A stretch of DNA of 49,646 nt, taken from a virus. Taxonomy: Duplodnaviria > Caudoviricetes. The stretch is taken from positions 1 to 49,646 of IMG/VR virus record IMGVR_UViG_3300005286_000490, one strand, 5' to 3'. Numbering within the stretch: position 1 is the stretch's first letter; every line of letters begins with the position of its first letter. The translations under genes and the position numbers were made by a program. Shown in pieces: positions 1-7,928 of this stretch. The notes under the pieces were generated by a model. The model was given only the letters and a program-made list of their open reading frames with translations. It had not been told where the DNA came from and made no database searches.

Positions 1-348
1 GACAACCAGGAAGCGGGGGAGGGGCCACGTCCGGCGGGTCGTCTCTCGATCCACATGGAAACCGCCGCCGGCCGAGAGCCGCACATCGTATTCCGGCACC
101 TGGATGACAGCGGGCATATCGCCGTGGGCGTCGACCTCGGGCGGAAGATCCGGATCTAGGCCCTGAAAATAGCCTAGCGGCTGGGCCAGGGCCTGGCTGA
201 TGCGCTCTGCGTGATTCGGCCAGCTCTTCAGATCGCCGCGCTCAAGGTCCGAAACGGTCGACTGAACCACGCCAATTTTTTTGGCGAGTTCTGCCTGGGT
301 CATCCCGCGCAGCTTGCGGGCCTCTTTGATGCGGACGCCTATCGACAT
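1..348 (-). CDS. cI: CI-like repressor (XRE HTH + start of S24 peptidase domain), 3' end outside window
   Basis: Manual translation from ATG 348: MSIGVRIKEARKLRGMTQAELAKKIGVVQSTVSDLERG...VPEYDVRLSAGGG; divergent from cro-like gene; not in ORF track. Confidence 0.9.
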   Translation of the reverse strand, partial: MSIGVRIKEARKLRGMTQAELAKKIGVVQSTVSDLERGDLKSWPNHAERISQALAQPLGYFQGLDPDLPPEVDAHGDMPAVIQVPEYDVRLSAGGGFHVDRETTRRTWPLPRFLVV

Positions 349-445
349 GGGCGGAGCATCGGAGATTCCGAACCGATAAGCGTCCGATAAATCGTCCCTT
401 GCGATAATCGGAACGTCCGATAATATCGGCTCATGTCCGATAAAC
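349..445. promoter_or_regulatory. Lysis/lysogeny switch: operators and divergent promoters
   Basis: ATCGGA-N3-TCCGAT (407-421), ATCGGA-N3-TCCGAA (358-372), extra TCCGAT half sites at 383 and 436; TTGCGA-16-TAATAT (399-426) just before cro ATG. Confidence 0.75.
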
Positions 446-687
446 GACCCCCTCATCCGGTGATCACCCGCCTCCTGAGCAAGTTCGGGACGCAAACGGC
501 CATCGCAGCGGCGATCGGCGTGAAGCCGCACACCATCTGCGGCAAGCAGGCCAATGCTAACCCGCTCACGTATGCGCAGATGGAGCGCCTGCTGGAGCGC
601 GCGCCGGAACTCGGGGTCGATCTGGCGCCCAGCGACCTCTTCCCTCGGATCGCGGCCAACTCTGACCCTGAGACGAAGGCCGCCTGA
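433..687 (+). CDS. Cro-like HTH regulator
   Basis: Small, divergent from cI; FGTQTAIAAAIGV HTH; LAPSDLFP ending typical of Cro/YdaS. Confidence 0.8.
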   Translation: MSDKRPPHPVITRLLSKFGTQTAIAAAIGVKPHTICGKQANANPLTYAQMERLLERAPELGVDLAPSDLFPRIAANSDPETKAA

Positions 688-1160
688 TGGACTGGAAGGC
701 TCGCCAGCCCGACCTCGAACGCATGGCCGCAGAGGGCATGACGGGGTCTCAGATCGCCGCCGCCCTGGGGACGACACGCAATGCGGTCCTTGGTCGAGCG
801 CACCGGACGGGTGTTGTGCTGCCGGAGACGAATGAGAAGAAGGCCGCCGCCGCGGAGCGCTTGGCCATCATCGTGAGCCGCCCCGAAGTGCGGGCCAAAA
901 TCACTGCCGCCATGAGAGATCCGGCGACTAGGGCCGCGATTGGCGCAAAGGCTAGGGCTCGCTTCGCCGATCCCTCCTTCCGAGAGGCGCTGCGTGCGGC
1001 GGGCAAGCTCAAACTCACCGATGAACAGGCGGCCGAAATCCGCAGCCGCGCAATGTGCGGCGAGAAGCAGGGCGCCCTGGCTGTCGAGTTCGGTGTCTCC
1101 CAGACGGTGATCAGCCAGATTAAGACCGGCAAGCTTCACAAGCACGCCAAGGCCGCCTGA
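687..1160 (+). CDS. GcrA-like N-terminal HTH fused to homing-endonuclease-type DNA-binding modules
   Basis: EGMTGSQIAAALGTTRNAVLGRAHRTG (GcrA-like); C-terminal KLTDEQAAEIR...FGVSQTVISQI. Confidence 0.65.
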   Translation: MDWKARQPDLERMAAEGMTGSQIAAALGTTRNAVLGRAHRTGVVLPETNEKKAAAAERLAIIVSRPEVRAKITAAMRDPATRAAIGAKARARFADPSFREALRAAGKLKLTDEQAAEIRSRAMCGEKQGALAVEFGVSQTVISQIKTGKLHKHAKAA

Positions 1161-1374
1161 TCCCATGGTCCCGGCCTCATCCCATTCCCATTCGCGCGAG
1201 GTCAGCCCCTCCCGAACTGAAGCGCGCGGATACGCGGGCCTGACCTCCGAGCGGTCGGCCCGCACCCCTTTCAAGAACGACGAGCGAAACTCTCCCCGGG
1301 GCCGTCGGCTAATGCCCGACTTCGCTCGTCCAGGCGCCGGCATAGACGAGCCCGTCACCGCCGGCGCCGCCCAT

Positions 1375-1605
1375 TCAGCTTCGGTCACGCCGCGCAACGG
1401 TGACCGGGGAGGGAGGCGGCGGGAACCATGGGGTTTGACACCCCGCCGCCTCCACCAAATCGCCAGCGAGCCTCGTCGCGACGGCGTGCCAGCGATCCGC
1501 GCTGCGGTTCCAACCCCCGGCGCAATCGGGGTTTTCCCGAGCGTCCTCCCGATACCGGCCCGCCAGCGCTGCGGCGGTGATCAGCGCCTCGATCGTCGTG
1601 GTCAT
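1375..1605 (-). CDS. Possible small leftward hypothetical protein
   Basis: ATG 1605 preceded by AAAGGGG; MTTTIEALITAAALAGRY...; opposes the operon. Confidence 0.35.
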   Translation of the reverse strand: MTTTIEALITAAALAGRYREDARENPDCAGGWNRSADRWHAVATRLAGDLVEAAGCQTPWFPPPPSPVTVARRDRS

Positions 1606-1679
1606 CACCAGCCCCTTTCGGCGGGGAACATCTTCGCTGTTGCGGCCCGTGTCAGTTGGAAGCGTCAGGGAGAAATCCA

Positions 1680-2117
1680 ATGACCCCGCGAGAGCATGCG
1701 CTCCTGGCCCGCACCCTGATTGGCCAGTGTGGCGGAATCGATGAGGCCGTCAGGGCCTGCAAGGCCGCGGGCTGGCAGATCAAGCGGTCCATGATGTCCT
1801 ACTACCAGAACCCCAATCACCGCTCGTCGATGTCGGCAGAGGTGATCGCGATCCTGGAAAGCTACTGCGGCCGCCCAACGTACTCTCGCGTGCTCTTCGA
1901 GCGGCATGCCCTGGAGTACGGCGACGACCCCGAAGACATCGTCGAGGAGGTCAGCGACGCAACCGAGAGCGTCGCCGCATTGCAGGCCGCAGTTCGCAAG
2001 GCCGCCAAGGACGACAAGTTCACACCAACCGAACTCGAGCTGATCCGCCGCCTGCATCGCAAGGCGATGGAAGAGCTGCGCGACGCCGGCATGGCGATCC
2101 CCGAACACGAGAGCTGA
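1680..2117 (+). CDS. CII-like phage regulatory protein
   Basis: Position after cro; GGIDEAV...MSAEVIAILESYCGRP pattern; GGGAG RBS. Confidence 0.6.
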   Translation: MTPREHALLARTLIGQCGGIDEAVRACKAAGWQIKRSMMSYYQNPNHRSSMSAEVIAILESYCGRPTYSRVLFERHALEYGDDPEDIVEEVSDATESVAALQAAVRKAAKDDKFTPTELELIRRLHRKAMEELRDAGMAIPEHES

Positions 2118-2173
2118 ACCACCCCGCCACCGGCCGGGGCGGTGATGTCCGGCCAGACGTGAAGGAGGGCGGC

Positions 2174-2866
2174 ATGGCCCGCTCAAAGAAGACGCCCGGC
2201 CCTGGTCACAACGTCGTCCTCACGGATGACGAAGTCGCCGCGTTGGAGGCCTACTACCAGCAGAAGATCAAGGCCGCGATCGCCGAGGTCGAAGTCGCCG
2301 CTTCGGTCGTGAAGGCCAAGCGCGAGGCGGTGAACAGCCTCTTCGCCGGCGTGAAACAGGACCTCAAGACGAGCCGTAAGGACTTCGAGGACCTGATCGC
2401 CAAGATGTCCATGGGGCCGGCAGAGTTCGCCGCGTACTGGACGAAGCTCAGCGCACGCTATGCTCGCAACGGCCTCCCGGTCGGCGCGCAACAGGAGCTG
2501 TTCCCCACGACGGGCGACACTGCCGACGACCAAGCCGCGGCCCACGCAGCAGGCCTGCGCGCCGGTCGAAACGGCGAGGATCCGGAACCGCCGAAGGAGA
2601 TCGCTTCGGTCCTGCATCAGGACTGGCTGGCCGGCTGGCACGAGGGCCAGAAGGAGCTCTATCTGCAGCTGGAGAAGGCCGACGGTGTCCTCGCCAAGCT
2701 GAAGCAGGCCGGTGGCGAACTGACTGACGGCGACGACGAGGACGAGGACGGGGACCTCGATCCGCAGGACATCGAGGACGCCCTCGACGACGAGGCCCGG
2801 AAGCTCAAAGCCTCTGGTTGGGCCAAGCCGACCAACGACGAAACCTCGTTCGGCACGGCCGCGTGA
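2174..2866 (+). CDS. Hypothetical protein with GHN N-terminal motif and RMF-like motif
   Basis: PGPGHN; AHAAGLRAGRNGE...HQDWLAGWHEGQ; strong RBS AGGAGG. Confidence 0.6.
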   Translation: MARSKKTPGPGHNVVLTDDEVAALEAYYQQKIKAAIAEVEVAASVVKAKREAVNSLFAGVKQDLKTSRKDFEDLIAKMSMGPAEFAAYWTKLSARYARNGLPVGAQQELFPTTGDTADDQAAAHAAGLRAGRNGEDPEPPKEIASVLHQDWLAGWHEGQKELYLQLEKADGVLAKLKQAGGELTDGDDEDEDGDLDPQDIEDALDDEARKLKASGWAKPTNDETSFGTAA

Positions 2867-3333
2867 TGGGCTGGGAGGCCGACAACATCCTGGCGCTCAC
2901 GCTCCACGGCATGCCCAAGGGCTGGTCGCGGGCGGGGCACCGCATCGCCGGCAAGGAAGGGGCGCTGTTCGTCCAGACCTACACGCCAACGCCGATGCGG
3001 AAGTATCAGGACAGCATCCGAGGCATTGCTCGCGCGGTCATGGTTGGCCGGCGGCCCCTCACCGGTGCGCTGTCGGTCTCCCTCCGGTTCCGCATGCCGA
3101 TCCCGAAGAGCGAGCCGAAGTGGCGGCGCGAAGCCATGGCCGCCGGCGAGATCGCTCACATCGTCAAGCCCGATAAAGACAACCTCACCAAGGCCGTCTA
3201 CGACGCACTGAACAAGATCGTCTGGATCGACGACGCGCAGATCACGCGCGGCTTTCAGACGAAGGTCTACAGCCTGCAGCCGGGCATAGACGTTCGCATC
3301 GAGGCCTTGGCTCCCCAGGAGCAGGCCGCATGA
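2866..3333 (+). CDS. rusA: RusA-family Holliday junction resolvase
   Basis: KPDKDNLTKAVYDALNKIVWIDDAQI. Confidence 0.92.
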   Translation: MGWEADNILALTLHGMPKGWSRAGHRIAGKEGALFVQTYTPTPMRKYQDSIRGIARAVMVGRRPLTGALSVSLRFRMPIPKSEPKWRREAMAAGEIAHIVKPDKDNLTKAVYDALNKIVWIDDAQITRGFQTKVYSLQPGIDVRIEALAPQEQAA

Positions 3334-3920
3334 GCTGGACCGACGAAGACCGCGAGCAAATCAAGGCGCTCTGGCTGGAGGGGAAGTCCGCCGGCCAGAT
3401 CGTGAAGCTCCTGCCGTTTCCCGTGACCCGAAACGCGGTGATGGGGATCATCTATCGCGCGGGCCTTTCCCGCCCGCAGCCTCCGTCTGATCCTGGCGAG
3501 CGGAAGCCCCAGCGTCCGCCGCGCGCTCCTGAGGTGAAGCGCGCCCCGAGCCAGAACAACGGCCTCAACGCCTCGAAGCGCCGGCCTGTCACGCCGGCGA
3601 TCGTCAAGCCGCTCATCATCTCCGGCAACAACGCAGTCCACGAGGCGCCCGAGCCCCGCGAGCCGCACGTCATCATCCCCAAGGAGGCGTGGGCGCCACT
3701 GCCCGGATCTACCCCGCGGCCCTGGATGGAGCGAGGCAACGGCTGCTCGTGGCCCGTCGATGTTCCCGGCGCCGACGTCCAGCACTCCTGCTGCCGGCCG
3801 AAGAAGCCGGGCCATCCGAACTACTGCGCGGAGCATCAGGCCCTCGGCGTCTCCAAGGCCGACGCCGGCAAGCCGAAGGGTGCAGAGCTGGTCCGCAGTC
3901 TTCGCAGGTTCGCGGCATGA
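3330..3920 (+). CDS. gcrA: GcrA-family transcription regulator
   Basis: MSWTDEDREQIKALWLEGKSAGQI...TRNAVMGIIYRAGL; C-terminal CSWPV...C...YCAEH. Confidence 0.9.
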   Translation: MSWTDEDREQIKALWLEGKSAGQIVKLLPFPVTRNAVMGIIYRAGLSRPQPPSDPGERKPQRPPRAPEVKRAPSQNNGLNASKRRPVTPAIVKPLIISGNNAVHEAPEPREPHVIIPKEAWAPLPGSTPRPWMERGNGCSWPVDVPGADVQHSCCRPKKPGHPNYCAEHQALGVSKADAGKPKGAELVRSLRRFAA

Positions 3921-4243
3921 AAAAGCCCGTCGTCACCAAGCGCCGTCTGCGGGGCCACGCCGAGCTTGCCGAGCAGCGCCGGAAGGAGGCCGCGCTCGGC
4001 TGGGCTTCCCGCTTCGAGAGGGCGCTGAAGGCCGCTTTGGAGGGCCAGCACCGCGAACTGATCATCGAGGTCTGCCGCATCCTCATCCGCCGGCTTTCTC
4101 GCATCGTCGAGACGAACGGCGACATCGGCCGTGCTCAGGGCATCCTCGCCGGCGCGGCGACCGACCTCAGCCCAGCCTATAGACCCGAGGCGAAGGGCAG
4201 GGCGGAAGCCAACGCGCTATTTGCGCCCAAGGAGGCGGCATGA
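3917..4243 (+). CDS. Hypothetical protein
   Basis: ATGA-coupled on both sides; MKKPVVTKRR... Confidence 0.7.
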   Translation: MKKPVVTKRRLRGHAELAEQRRKEAALGWASRFERALKAALEGQHRELIIEVCRILIRRLSRIVETNGDIGRAQGILAGAATDLSPAYRPEAKGRAEANALFAPKEAA

Positions 4244-4464
4244 GCACCGCCTCCCTCAACGCCGACCACATCGCCGCCGTCGAGCGCGGCCAGCTGCTGT
4301 CGACCAACATCCTCATGGAGCGGGCCCGCCTTCGCGGCGTCATGCAGTGCCTCTGCGAGCTCGGCGGCTTCTCAGCGACCATCGCCGCCATCCAGGCCGA
4401 GATCCAGGCGCTTGCCGAGCGCGAGCGGTGCGCTGGGCGGGATACGGGAGGGTTCATCTCGTGA
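4240..4464 (+). CDS. Hypothetical protein
   Basis: RBS GGAGG, ATGA overlap. Confidence 0.65.
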   Translation: MSTASLNADHIAAVERGQLLSTNILMERARLRGVMQCLCELGGFSATIAAIQAEIQALAERERCAGRDTGGFIS

Positions 4465-5057
4465 GCCTGCTCGAGACGCCCCAGGCAGGTCGATACGGCG
4501 TCATCCTCGCCGATCCGCCCTGGCATCACGCATCGCGGTCCGCAAAAGGCCAGACCGGGCGCTCACCGTCAGCCAAGTACGTGACGATGCCGCTTGCCGA
4601 CATCTGCGCTCTTCCCGTTGCGAAGATCGCGGCGAGGGATGCGCACCTGTTCCTTTGGACGACCGGCCCGCACCTCCAGCAGGCCTTCCGTGTCATGGCC
4701 GCGTGGGGGTTTGAGTACTCCAGCATCGGCTTCCTCTGGGCCAAGCTGAATCCGTCGGCTGCATCATCGATGTTCGTGACTGACACCGACTGGCACGTCG
4801 GTATGGGCTACACGACGCGTAAGAACACCGAGATTTGCCTTCTTGGCCGCCGGGGAAAGCCGGTTCGCAAATCCAAGTCCGTCCGCGAGTTGATCGTCGC
4901 CGCGCGACGCCAGCACAGCCGTAAGCCTGACCAGGCTCGGCAGCGCATCGAGGCGTACGCCGACGGTCCCTACCTCGAGATGTTCAGCCGTGAGAGCGCG
5001 CCGGGCTGGGACGCCTGGGGCCTTGAGGTCGGCAAGTTCGATCGGGAGGCGGCGTGA
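4461..5057 (+). CDS. MT-A70 family adenine methyltransferase
   Basis: YGVILADPPW, LFLWTT, WGFEY, HSRKP, YLEMFSR; GTG start overlapping upstream stop. Confidence 0.92.
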   Translation: MSLLETPQAGRYGVILADPPWHHASRSAKGQTGRSPSAKYVTMPLADICALPVAKIAARDAHLFLWTTGPHLQQAFRVMAAWGFEYSSIGFLWAKLNPSAASSMFVTDTDWHVGMGYTTRKNTEICLLGRRGKPVRKSKSVRELIVAARRQHSRKPDQARQRIEAYADGPYLEMFSRESAPGWDAWGLEVGKFDREAA

Positions 5058-5290
5058 TGGCTTGCCCGAAGTGTGAGGCCGCGCAGCTGCGTGCCAAGGC
5101 CGCCGGTCACCGAGACTGGCGGGAAAGCGCCTGCTTCGACTGCGCGGGCGTGAACATCGACGAGTATTTCGCAAGCATCGGCTTCGTCCCGGACGAGAAG
5201 CTTGTCGCCCGCGAGTTGGCGAAGATGAACGCGCAGCGGCGTGAGCCAGCGGAGCCCGTGGCGCCGGCGCAGCTCTCCTTGTTCGGATGA
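5057..5290 (+). CDS. Hypothetical protein with CxxC pairs
   Basis: CPKC...CFDC; ends QLSLFG; coupled to upstream gene. Confidence 0.6.
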   Translation: MACPKCEAAQLRAKAAGHRDWRESACFDCAGVNIDEYFASIGFVPDEKLVARELAKMNAQRREPAEPVAPAQLSLFG

Positions 5291-5353
5291 TGGGGGAAGC
5301 GGCATGAACAACGTCACCTCCCTCGACCTGCGCCCCATCAACGAGGCCTCGCT

Positions 5354-6142
5354 ATGAGCAAGCGCCCCGCATTCCAATTCTATCCCGCTGACTGGCGTAA
5401 CGAGTCCTCTCTGCGCCTGTGCTCGCCAGGGGCCCGCAGCCTCTGGATCGACATCATGTGCCTGGCGCACGACTGCGAGCCCTACGGCCACCTGACCGAC
5501 ATGGGTAAGCCAATGACACCTGAAGCGCTCGCCAAGCTGGTGGGCGAGAGCGTCTCATCGGTAAAGCGTTGGCTTGAAGAGCTCCGCTCCCGCGAGGTCT
5601 TCTCGGTCACCGAGGAGGGCGTGATCTACAGCCGCCGCATGGTGCGAGACGAGGCTGTCCGGGAGGCCCGTGCCGCTGGTGGCCAGCAGGGCGCGGAGCA
5701 TGGCGTCAAGGGCGCTTCGCACGGCTCGAAAGGGGGGCGTCCGAAGAAGGTCAAGGGCGGTTACGAGGGGGAGCAAACGGGGGTTTCAAAACCCCCCTTA
5801 GAACCCCCCCCTTCTTCTTCTTCTCCATCTTCTGAAGGTTCCGAAGATAAATCTTCGGACGCCGATGGCGCGGTTTTGTCGACTGATCCGGACCGTGCGA
5901 CCTGGGACCTGGCCCTCCAGGTTCTCACACAGCAGGGCAACATGCCTGATCGGCAGGCGAGATCCTTCTTCGCGGGCCTGCTCAAGGAACACGGCCTGAC
6001 CGCGAAGGAGCTTTTGCCTGCGGTTGGTGGCGCCCTGTCCATACAGACCCGGGAACCCCGCAGCTACCTCGTCAAGGCGGCCGCGGGCATCTCCAAGCGC
6101 CGGGCGGAGTCCCGCGTACCCACTCGGCAGGGGTTCGTTTGA
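5354..6142 (+). CDS. Phage replication initiator (YdaU/DUF1376-like N-terminus)
   Basis: KRPAFQFYPADW...IYSRRMVRD, KGGRP, low-complexity linker; directly upstream of primase-helicase. Confidence 0.75.
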   Translation: MSKRPAFQFYPADWRNESSLRLCSPGARSLWIDIMCLAHDCEPYGHLTDMGKPMTPEALAKLVGESVSSVKRWLEELRSREVFSVTEEGVIYSRRMVRDEAVREARAAGGQQGAEHGVKGASHGSKGGRPKKVKGGYEGEQTGVSKPPLEPPPSSSSPSSEGSEDKSSDADGAVLSTDPDRATWDLALQVLTQQGNMPDRQARSFFAGLLKEHGLTAKELLPAVGGALSIQTREPRSYLVKAAAGISKRRAESRVPTRQGFV

Positions 6143-6438
6143 TGGCGACCATGTTCGAGAAGGCTCGCGAAGCCGGCATCGAGGTTCGTTCCCACGGGAC
6201 CGACTACCGCACGCCGTGCCCACAGTGCTCGCCCAACCGGAAGAAGAAGAAAGACCCCTGCCTCCACATCACGATCACCGCGGATGCCGTCCGCTGGTGC
6301 TGCTTTCACTGCGACTTCAAGGGAGCCGCCTTCGATGACCATGACCGACGCCATGCTGGAAACGATCGAGGCCCGCGGGATCGACGTGGAACTGGCCGCC
6401 CGGCTGGGACTGGACAGCGTTCGTCGCGATGGTGGTGA
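6142..6438 (+). CDS. Stand-alone primase zinc-binding domain
   Basis: CPQCSPNRKKKKDPCLHI...WCCFHCDFKG, T7 gp4/Twinkle-like Zn motif. Confidence 0.75.
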   Translation: MATMFEKAREAGIEVRSHGTDYRTPCPQCSPNRKKKKDPCLHITITADAVRWCCFHCDFKGAAFDDHDRRHAGNDRGPRDRRGTGRPAGTGQRSSRWW

Positions 6439-7873
6439 GGCGCTGGTCATCCCGTTCAAGCGCGATGGCCAGGTTGTCCGGCGCAAGTATCGGTTTTTTG
6501 ACCGGGATGAGGGCAAGTGGACCGCCGACAAAGGCGGCGAGCGCATTGCCTTCAACGAGGACTGCCTGCGCGACGACAGCCTGATTGGCCAGCCGCTGAT
6601 CATCACCGAAGGCGAGTTCGACGCAATCGCGGCGATTCAGGCTGGCTTCGGCCGCACGATCAGCGTTCCCGATGGGGCGCCGCCGCCCGGCGAGCGCAGC
6701 GCCGAGGACCTCGAGGCCAGCGCCAAGTACTCCTGGCTCCGCTCTATCCGCCCGCTGCTGACGCCTGAGCGCGTCGAGACCATCATCATCGCCGCAGATG
6801 GCGACGACAACGGCGCGGCCCTGCTGCAGGATCTGTCCGTCCAGTTGATGCGGGCGCGCTGCAAGTACCTGACCTACCCCCGACTGCCGAAGCCTATGCA
6901 GGACCGCCTCGGCCGGGAGCGCTGCAAAGACCTCAACGAGGTGCTGCAGTTCTACGGGTCCAAAGGCGTTGTTGAGACGATAAACCGGGCCCAGTGGCTC
7001 CAGGTCGACGGCGTCTACCTCATGAGCGAGCTGCCGCCGGTCTCTACGCCTCCGATCTGGGACATCGGCTTCAACTTGCTGTCGGACCACTACAAGGCTC
7101 GTCCTGGCGACTTCGTGGTCATCACCGGCGTGCCTGGCCTGGGCAAGTCGACCTTCGCCAATGATGTCTGCTGCCGGCTGGCCCTGAACCATGGCCTGCG
7201 CATCGCCTGGGCCTCCTTCGAGCAGGCGCCTCAGCGGGATCACCGCCGCGCTCTGCGCTCATGGTACGGCCGCCCTTACAACATCCTGCTCGACGTGGAT
7301 CCGCGCGGTGACGCTCCGCGTCGGCAGGGCACGCCGGCCCATCAGCTCAGCGCCGCCGAGCTAGCAGAAGCGGACGCTTGGATTGACCGCCACCACGTCT
7401 TCATCGTCCCCAGCGAGGATGACGACGTCACCCTCGACTGGATGCTTGATCGCATGGAGGCCGCAGTCGTTCGCTTCGGCGTCCAGGTGATCGTGATCGA
7501 CCCCTGGAACGAAATGGACCACACGCGCGCCCGCGACGAGACCATGACCGAGTATGTCGGCCGGGCGATCAAGGCTCTCAAGCGCTTTGCTAGGAAGTTC
7601 GAGGTTCACCTGATCCTGGTGGCGCACCCCACCAAGTCGCTGAAGGACGGAGACGGCAAATACAAGATGCCGACCCTCTACGACATCTCGGACTCGGCCA
7701 ACTGGTACAACAAGTGTGACCTCGGACTGATCGTGCATCGGGAGACCGAGGACGACACGATCATCAAGGTCCAGAAGTCCCGATATCACGACGTCATCGG
7801 CCGGCCTGGAGAGGTCTGCGTCCACTATTCCAGGGACGAGCGGCGCTTCATCGAGCAGGAGCGCCGGGCTTGA
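6335..7873 (+). CDS. Toprim + SF4 (DnaB-like) primase-helicase, gp4/Twinkle-like
   Basis: ITEGEFDA, ADGDDNG, KDLNEVL, Walker A GVPGLGKST, IDPWN, LVAHP; own RBS AAGGGAG. Confidence 0.92.
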   Translation: MTMTDAMLETIEARGIDVELAARLGLDSVRRDGGEALVIPFKRDGQVVRRKYRFFDRDEGKWTADKGGERIAFNEDCLRDDSLIGQPLIITEGEFDAIAAIQAGFGRTISVPDGAPPPGERSAEDLEASAKYSWLRSIRPLLTPERVETIIIAADGDDNGAALLQDLSVQLMRARCKYLTYPRLPKPMQDRLGRERCKDLNEVLQFYGSKGVVETINRAQWLQVDGVYLMSELPPVSTPPIWDIGFNLLSDHYKARPGDFVVITGVPGLGKSTFANDVCCRLALNHGLRIAWASFEQAPQRDHRRALRSWYGRPYNILLDVDPRGDAPRRQGTPAHQLSAAELAEADAWIDRHHVFIVPSEDDDVTLDWMLDRMEAAVVRFGVQVIVIDPWNEMDHTRARDETMTEYVGRAIKALKRFARKFEVHLILVAHPTKSLKDGDGKYKMPTLYDISDSANWYNKCDLGLIVHRETEDDTIIKVQKSRYHDVIGRPGEVCVHYSRDERRFIEQERRA

Positions 7874-7928
7874 TCGGGACCCTCAACATCTCCGGCAAAG
7901 CCCTGGCGCTTGAAGCGGGGAGGGCGGC

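Noticed and set aside
453-1397. 314-aa minus-strand ORF and similar long antisense ORFs (6317-7243, 9435-10586, 14117-15148, 18931-20208, 22776-23999, 27592-28608)
   Set aside because: Shadow ORFs opposite clearly recognisable genes; expected at high GC; no motifs
1412-1457. Canonical tRNA or tmRNA gene, or att site
   Set aside because: No D or anticodon arm, no G3-U70 pair, no second copy seen in the window; kept only as a tRNA-like finding
1165-1683. 172-aa plus-strand ORF after the cro operon
   Set aside because: Arg/Pro-rich, no RBS, no motifs; region better explained as structured non-coding sequence or a small leftward ORF
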